DNA of 64,000 nucleotides from a virus (Duplodnaviria; Heunggongvirae; Uroviricota; Caudoviricetes): IMG/VR virus record IMGVR_UViG_3300028805_001692, positions 45,613 to 109,612 of that record; one strand, 5' to 3'. Shown piece by piece: positions 58,320 to 64,000 of this stretch (position 1 is its first letter; each line of letters starts with the position of its first letter). The notes under the pieces were generated by a model. It saw only the letters and a program-made list of their open reading frames with translations, ran no database searches and was not told where the DNA came from. The position numbers and the translations under genes were made by a program.

Positions 58320-59870
58320 TTAAATTATTTTACTTAATTTATCTTCAAGTTCCTTGCTCCATCCTTCAACACTGTTGCACATAAATTTTATATTAGGATT
58401 TTCAACCGCTTTTTGGAAATCATTATTAAGTATTTCTTTATTCCATATTCCTAATCTTATCTCACTATCCAGTATTGGTTTTTCATGCTCGTAATAATTG
58501 AAATATACATCATCGAACTCATAACTTTCATTAAACATATCGAATTTTTCCCACATTTCATCAAGTTTTTTAAATTCAAAATAAGCAGGATAATGCGTTG
58601 AATAATTTAGATGCGGTAAATTATGTTTATTTAACAATTGTCGTGTTTTCCATTTATCATGCATCCAATACGATGTTGGTGCTTTTTCATCACCAACGAA
58701 TGATAAGGAATGATAATGTGTTTTCTCTATATCTTCAAATTCGAATGGTTTAATTGGATAATAGTCATCACATGTATATATAAACCCATCATATTCTTGC
58801 CCAAATACCTTTGATGCCACTTTAAATTTATTTTGTATATCAAGATGCGGCCTATACTGCCCTTCTCTTTTTTCAACTGATTTACAGTAAATAAATTCTA
58901 CCCAAGGAAACTCATCCCTTAATTTTACATTAAATTCTCCAATCACAACAAAATGATATTTAAATTTACAAAATTTTTTCCATCCATTTATAACAAATTT
59001 TATCTCATTTCCTTGTGACATACTTTGTTTATATGGCAAAACAACTAATATATCTTTATTTAATTTATCCATAAGTTCATTTTTTTTAGGTAACATATCA
59101 ACATTTAATTTAAAAAAGAAATCAAAATCTCTTTCCAACCCCCAAGCATATTTTCTTTTTGTTCTTTTCCAGACATACTCTTCCCAAGATTTAGTTATAT
59201 AATGTCTTAAATATATTTTATTGAAGGTAATTATATTTTTATCTTTTACGAAATCAGTATTACACCACTTGCATTTATCAGTTGGACAATGATGTATGTA
59301 TAAAAAATCATCAGTGAATGCTTTAATCTTGTAACAAGTTTTAATCTTATTTCTCATTTTGCATTCGACTTCATGGGTATAAGTTCCCAAAACGCCTTTG
59401 CTTGAATAATCTGGCTTATTAACGTGACCATCTGCCCCATAACATTTCCATGACATTATAAATGCCTCATAATCTTTATATACATTTAAAATATCACTAA
59501 TTTTGTCATTTTTATTTTCAAACGTAATAAATTCATCATTATCAATTAAAAAACACCAATCATATTTATCTGAATAAAATTTTTGAAGATACTTTAATCC
59601 ATTTTTAAAATAAAAATTTTGAACATTATATTTTTTCAGTTCCTTTATTTCTTTCGCTTCATTTTTTTTTCTATCATCCAAAATAGATAATATTGAATCT
59701 AGTGATACTTTATCACCGTACTTATCGCATATTTCCTTATGTGAATCACTGTCAATGTCTTCGAATATAAAGATGTGGTCAATACCCAAGTCAAGATGAT
59801 ACCTTATCCATTCATCAAGGTATTCGTGTTCATTTTTTATAACTGTTAAAATGCAAGATGTATTATTCAT
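58320..59870 (-). CDS. GT-A-like glycosyltransferase/polysaccharide-modifying protein
   Basis: N-terminus 'ILTVIKNEHEYLDEWIRYHLDLGIDHIFIFEDIDSD' resembles the GT2/GT92-like start (cf. the 2320-3873 protein). The large C-terminal domain is unassigned. Confidence 0.4.
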   Translation of the reverse strand: MNNTSCILTVIKNEHEYLDEWIRYHLDLGIDHIFIFEDIDSDSHKEICDKYGDKVSLDSILSILDDRKKNEAKEIKELKKYNVQNFYFKNGLKYLQKFYSDKYDWCFLIDNDEFITFENKNDKISDILNVYKDYEAFIMSWKCYGADGHVNKPDYSSKGVLGTYTHEVECKMRNKIKTCYKIKAFTDDFLYIHHCPTDKCKWCNTDFVKDKNIITFNKIYLRHYITKSWEEYVWKRTKRKYAWGLERDFDFFFKLNVDMLPKKNELMDKLNKDILVVLPYKQSMSQGNEIKFVINGWKKFCKFKYHFVVIGEFNVKLRDEFPWVEFIYCKSVEKREGQYRPHLDIQNKFKVASKVFGQEYDGFIYTCDDYYPIKPFEFEDIEKTHYHSLSFVGDEKAPTSYWMHDKWKTRQLLNKHNLPHLNYSTHYPAYFEFKKLDEMWEKFDMFNESYEFDDVYFNYYEHEKPILDSEIRLGIWNKEILNNDFQKAVENPNIKFMCNSVEGWSKELEDKLSKII

Positions 59871-59971
59871 AACATAAATTTTCTAAATAAATATTTGTAT
59901 ATAAAAAAAAATGAACACCACGATTGATGTTCATTTTTTTTTATGATTTAATTAAGCGATTAGTATTATTA

Positions 59972-60787
59972 TTAACCTTCTTCAACTGGTTCTTCTTCAT
60001 CGCTGCCGCCATCACCGCCACCAGAGCCGCTACCAGAACCGCCTCCACCACAAGGAGGAATACCTTCTATATAACTTGCATAATCACTCCAATTTTCTGC
60101 TTCTTTATATGTATCTACACTATCACAAGGTACATAGATTGTATAATTTGCTTCAAATGCATCAGTTCCTAAAGATGGTGGCGTTGTTGCATTAACTGTT
60201 ACTTCCGTAATATTACTACAACCGCTAAAAGCATTATTACCAATACTTGTAACACTATCTGGGATTGTTACGCTTGTAAGGCTAATACAACCATCTAAAG
60301 CAGAAACGCCAACACTTGTAATACCACTACCTATTGTAAAAGATGTCATTTTAGTACAACCAGAGAAAGTATTATTACCAATACTATCAGAGTTTAATGT
60401 GAACTCTACTGTATGTTCACCAACTGAAGAGAATGTATAACTAGTTACAACTTCCTCTTCTACACCATCAACTTTCATACTATCAATAGAGTCAGTGCTA
60501 TACAGTATCTGACATGGTGCTATGCTACGTTGTTCTTCTGCATAGTAAGTAGCAGTAACTACATATCTATCTCCACCACTACCAGAACCAGAGCCACCTC
60601 CACCGCAGCCATCGAACTCATCGCCATAAAACTCGTTTTGGCCATTCAAACTACCATGTACGCTATAAAGAACTTTAAAATTGGTGCTGTTTGGATTATA
60701 GATAACCCAAGGAGTTTGGAAATCTTGTCCTTCGCTCACAATCTTTGCGTTACATGCGCCATTTACTTTTGCTAAATTTTTTGCCAT
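59972..60787 (-). CDS. short BspA-type LRR protein with Gly-Ser linkers
   Basis: LRR units 'LTSVTIPDSVTSIGNNAFSGC'. Flexible 'CGGGGSGSGSGG' linkers and an acidic C-terminal tail. The C-terminal 'ATTPPSLGTDAFE...YVPCDSVDTYK' module is shared with the 60986 gene. Confidence 0.6.
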   Translation of the reverse strand: MAKNLAKVNGACNAKIVSEGQDFQTPWVIYNPNSTNFKVLYSVHGSLNGQNEFYGDEFDGCGGGGSGSGSGGDRYVVTATYYAEEQRSIAPCQILYSTDSIDSMKVDGVEEEVVTSYTFSSVGEHTVEFTLNSDSIGNNTFSGCTKMTSFTIGSGITSVGVSALDGCISLTSVTIPDSVTSIGNNAFSGCSNITEVTVNATTPPSLGTDAFEANYTIYVPCDSVDTYKEAENWSDYASYIEGIPPCGGGGSGSGSGGGDGGSDEEEPVEEG

Positions 60788-60985
60788 AATATCAATATTA
60801 TTTTTTTGTTTCTTATTTTATAATAAATATTTGTTATTTATCATTTCTTTAGTTCCTCAATTAATTTATTTGCATATTCTACTGCAATATCTGCAATCTG
60901 CTTCTTGAAGATGAACTGGAAAATGAATACCATACTTGCTCCCAATTAATAGTGTCATTATTCATAATTTTCTACTTTAATTCAA

Positions 60986-63900
60986 TCATGGGCAACTTCC
61001 TGGTATTGCTTGTATTCTACTCGCATAAGTGCTCCAACCACTTGCTGCCTTATATGTATCTACGCTGTCACACGGAACATATATTGGACAGTTATTAGTA
61101 CTATTAAACGCATCAGTACTTAACGTTGGAGGTGTCGTTGCTTCAACTGTTACACTTGTAAGGCTTCTACAACTATCGAAAGCTTCATTACCAATACTTG
61201 TCACACTATTTGAAATAGTGATACTTGTAAGTCTATTACATTCACGGAAAGCACGATAACCAATACTTGTAACACCACTTGGAATATGTATACTTGTAAG
61301 ACTACTACAATCTCTGAAAGCATAACTACCAATACTTGTAACACCACTGCCTATGGTACAACTACTAAGACCAGTACAATAAGCGAAAGCTTCATTACCA
61401 ATACTTGTCACACTATCTGGGATTGTTATACTTGTAAGGCTTCTACAACTACTGAAAATACTATCACCAATACGTGTAACACCACTACCTATTGTCACAT
61501 CTGCAAGGCTACTACAACCAGCGAAAGCACTATTACCAATACTTGTAACACTGTTTGGTATAGTCACACTCGTAAGACTTCTACAACCAGAGAAAGCGCC
61601 ATAACCAATATATGTCACATTATCTGGTATTGTTATACTTGTAAGGCTTCTACAACTACTGAAAATACTATCACCAATACGTGTAACACCACTTGGAATA
61701 TCTATACTTGTAAGACCACTACACCTAGCGAAAGCATAATTATCAATAGTTGTAACACCACTCGGAATATCTATACTTGGAAGACTAGTACAACCATAGA
61801 AAGCACGATTACCTATACTTGTTACACTATCTGGGATTGTTACACTTGTAAGACCATAACATTCATAGAAAGTACTTTCTCTAATACTTGTTACACCACT
61901 TGGTATAACTATACTTGTAAGACTATAACAATCATAGAAAGCATAACTACCAATACTTGTTACACCACTTGGTATGTCTATGCTGGTAAGACTAGTACAA
62001 TAATAGAAAGCACTTTCTCCAATACTTGTTACACTATCTGGGATTGTTACACTTGTAAGACTATAACACTGACTGAAAACGCCATCTCCAATACTTGTTA
62101 CACCACTTGGGATTTCCACTGAAGCACCACTACCCGTAGTACCTACACTTGTAAGACCAGTACAAGTATCGAAAGCACGATTACCGATACTTGTAACACC
62201 ACTTGGAATATGTATACTTGGAAGACTTCTACAATTATAGAAAGCCCAATCACCAACACTTGTTACACTATCTGGGATTGTTACACTTGTAAGACCATAA
62301 CATTCATAGAAAGTACTTTCTCTAATACTTGTTACACCACTTGGGATTTCCACTGAAGCACCACTACCCGTAGTACCTACACTTGTAAGACTACGACATC
62401 CATAGAAAGCACCACCATCGATACTTGTAACACCACTTGGAATATCTATACTTGTAAGACTTCTACAACCAGAGAAAGCACGATTACCTATACTTGTTAC
62501 ACTATCTGGGATTGTTACACTTGTAAGACTATAACATTGTCTGAAAACGCCATCTCCAATACTTGTTACACCACTTGGGATTTCCACTGAAGCACCACTA
62601 CCCGTAGTACCTACACTTGTAAGACCAGTACAAGTCTCGAAAGCACGATTACCGATACTTGTAACACCACTTGGAATATCTATACTTGTAAGACCAATAC
62701 AATAAGTGAAAGCACTATTACCGATACTTGTAACACCACTTGGAATATCTATACTTGTAAGACTTCTACAATTATAGAAAGACCCATTTCCAATACTTGT
62801 AACACTATTTGTCATACTTATACTTACAGCATCACGACAATTGGTGAAAGCACTACTATCAATAAAAGACTTATAGTATAACATGTACTTAACTATATGC
62901 TCACCAGTTGTACTGAATGTATATCCAGTTGTTACACTTGGTTGTACAACACCATCAATTTTAATCTTTTTAAAACGAGTATGCGGCTCGTAATAAACAT
63001 CAGTTTTTTCTGCAATTATCGTTGGGGTAGTTGTACTAGTTACATTAAACTTGACCGTTACATCCCAGCTTTCATAATATACAGCATAACTAGCTGAGGA
63101 TGAGTTATAATTATTAGTTTGTGATATGTTAGCCGTAATGATTGCATCGCCATTATTAATACAACTTATAACACCATTAGTATCAACTGTAACTGCCGTT
63201 GGGTTATTTGAACTATACGTTACAGTTCCATCACCAACATTTACAATCACTGGATTCGTTTTTGTTTCACCTAGTCTAATGTACAAATTTGCTACAGTAA
63301 ATGATAATGAAGAATCAGCCTTTGATATAGTGCAATTAATGCTCTGTGCAGAGACATCATTCACGTTACTATCTCCTTCTACCTTATAATATATGATATA
63401 AACCCCAGCATCAATTCCGCTTGGTATCACAGTGCTATAATTAGTTCCATCAAGGCTATACTTTAATGTACCATAATCAGTAGAACCTGCATTTACAAGT
63501 TCTTGTGCTTGAGTATTATAAGTCAATACGTTTGCTGTTGGGACTACTACAGTAGGAGTAACCTTTGCAATAACGAATGTTGTACTACCGATTACCTCGT
63601 AGTTACCACCAACGTTATCACTGATTGTAACTGTAGCAGTACCAGCATTTACATTATTACTATATGTAACTGTATATTCACTTGCTGGGATAATAGTAGA
63701 CCCATCCTTTACTGTTACAGCAGGTTCACAAGCACTTCCATTATATGTATATGATGTTGGATTAAGTACGACTGTTGCAGTTACTTGTTTCTCATTTATA
63801 GAACAAGCAACACTTTGTGCAGCCACATCGTCAACATTACTATTTCCATCTACCTTATAATACACTCTATAACTACCATAATTGGTTGCAGTAGGTATAC

Positions 63901-63997
63901 TTGTTGACCATGTAGAATTATTAAGGCTATACTTCAAAGTGCCATAATCCGTAGAGCCAGCATTCACAAGTTCTTGTGCTTGAGTATTATAAGTCAA
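60986..63997 (-). CDS. giant BspA-type LRR protein (at least 1003 aa; 5' end runs off the window)
   Basis: More than 25 LRR units plus repeated Ig-like modules. The first Met repeats an internal module, so the true start is probably upstream of position 64000. Confidence 0.6.
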   Translation of the reverse strand: MTYNTQAQELVNAGSTDYGTLKYSLNNSTWSTSIPTATNYGSYRVYYKVDGNSNVDDVAAQSVACSINEKQVTATVVLNPTSYTYNGSACEPAVTVKDGSTIIPASEYTVTYSNNVNAGTATVTISDNVGGNYEVIGSTTFVIAKVTPTVVVPTANVLTYNTQAQELVNAGSTDYGTLKYSLDGTNYSTVIPSGIDAGVYIIYYKVEGDSNVNDVSAQSINCTISKADSSLSFTVANLYIRLGETKTNPVIVNVGDGTVTYSSNNPTAVTVDTNGVISCINNGDAIITANISQTNNYNSSSASYAVYYESWDVTVKFNVTSTTTPTIIAEKTDVYYEPHTRFKKIKIDGVVQPSVTTGYTFSTTGEHIVKYMLYYKSFIDSSAFTNCRDAVSISMTNSVTSIGNGSFYNCRSLTSIDIPSGVTSIGNSAFTYCIGLTSIDIPSGVTSIGNRAFETCTGLTSVGTTGSGASVEIPSGVTSIGDGVFRQCYSLTSVTIPDSVTSIGNRAFSGCRSLTSIDIPSGVTSIDGGAFYGCRSLTSVGTTGSGASVEIPSGVTSIRESTFYECYGLTSVTIPDSVTSVGDWAFYNCRSLPSIHIPSGVTSIGNRAFDTCTGLTSVGTTGSGASVEIPSGVTSIGDGVFSQCYSLTSVTIPDSVTSIGESAFYYCTSLTSIDIPSGVTSIGSYAFYDCYSLTSIVIPSGVTSIRESTFYECYGLTSVTIPDSVTSIGNRAFYGCTSLPSIDIPSGVTTIDNYAFARCSGLTSIDIPSGVTRIGDSIFSSCRSLTSITIPDNVTYIGYGAFSGCRSLTSVTIPNSVTSIGNSAFAGCSSLADVTIGSGVTRIGDSIFSSCRSLTSITIPDSVTSIGNEAFAYCTGLSSCTIGSGVTSIGSYAFRDCSSLTSIHIPSGVTSIGYRAFRECNRLTSITISNSVTSIGNEAFDSCRSLTSVTVEATTPPTLSTDAFNSTNNCPIYVPCDSVDTYKAASGWSTYASRIQAIPGSCP
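61140..62830. repeat. long array of 69-bp tandem DNA repeats (LRR units)
   Basis: Near-identical units 'ttaccaatacttgtaacaccacttgg...cttgtaag...' shared with the 55190-55900 and 60180-60330 arrays. Confidence 0.7.
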
Positions 63998-64000
63998 TAC

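Noticed and set aside
55190-62830. Possible CRISPR array suggested by the regular 69-bp repeats
   Set aside because: The repeats are contiguous with no unique spacers, they are in frame within long ORFs, and they encode canonical BspA LRR units.
1-64000. tRNA/rRNA genes, integrase or attachment sites, prophage boundaries
   Set aside because: No tRNA-like cloverleaf signatures (e.g. GTTCGAATC T-arm) were seen in intergenic regions. No recombinase motifs or flanking direct repeats were found.

Overview
AT-rich (~33% GC) 64 kb stretch of what reads as a virulent, T4-architecture contractile-tailed phage (myovirus) of a Bacteroidota host (Bacteroides/Prevotella-like). Three things support this. 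(i) There are unmistakable T4-type structural and replication genes: a gp18-like tail sheath (SPGI...GPAFQ N-terminus), a gp19-like tail tube, a gpV/gp5-like baseplate spike, a family B DNA polymerase (Exo I FDLET; motifs DxxSLYPS, KxxxNSxYG, DTDG), PhoH, dUTPase, and a gp55-like late sigma factor. (ii) Upstream of the plus-strand early-type genes there are six canonical Bacteroidota sigma-A promoters (TTTG, 19-20 nt spacer, TAnnTTTG). (iii) An A/T-rich TATAAATATT-type motif sits 15-50 nt upstream of at least ten minus-strand structural gene starts, reminiscent of the T4 late promoter TATAAATA. Further content: three freestanding homing-endonuclease-like genes (two DUF559/Vsr-like, one GIY-YIG with eight tandem repeats); a nucleotide-metabolism and glycosyltransferase block (dUTPase, GuaC-like GMP reductase, about four glycosyltransferases); a family of at least four or five small proteins that share a conserved N-terminal 'K-I-I-R-L-T-E-S-x-L' leader ending in (L/I)-x-E, resembling T4 capsid-targeting/internal proteins; a PARP-like ADP-ribosyltransferase-fold protein; a GC-rich (~45-48%) moron island encoding an SPFH/band-7 membrane protein flanked by duplicated host-type promoters; two giant repeat-containing tail fibers; and a minus-strand operon combining capsule-locus-like sugar enzymes (two NAD-dependent epimerase/dehydratases, a hexapeptide acetyltransferase, GT-A-like proteins) with three paralogous BspA-type leucine-rich-repeat proteins built from near-identical 69-bp tandem DNA repeats. 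No rRNA, tRNA, CRISPR, integrase or att sites were recognised. The last gene runs off the window end.
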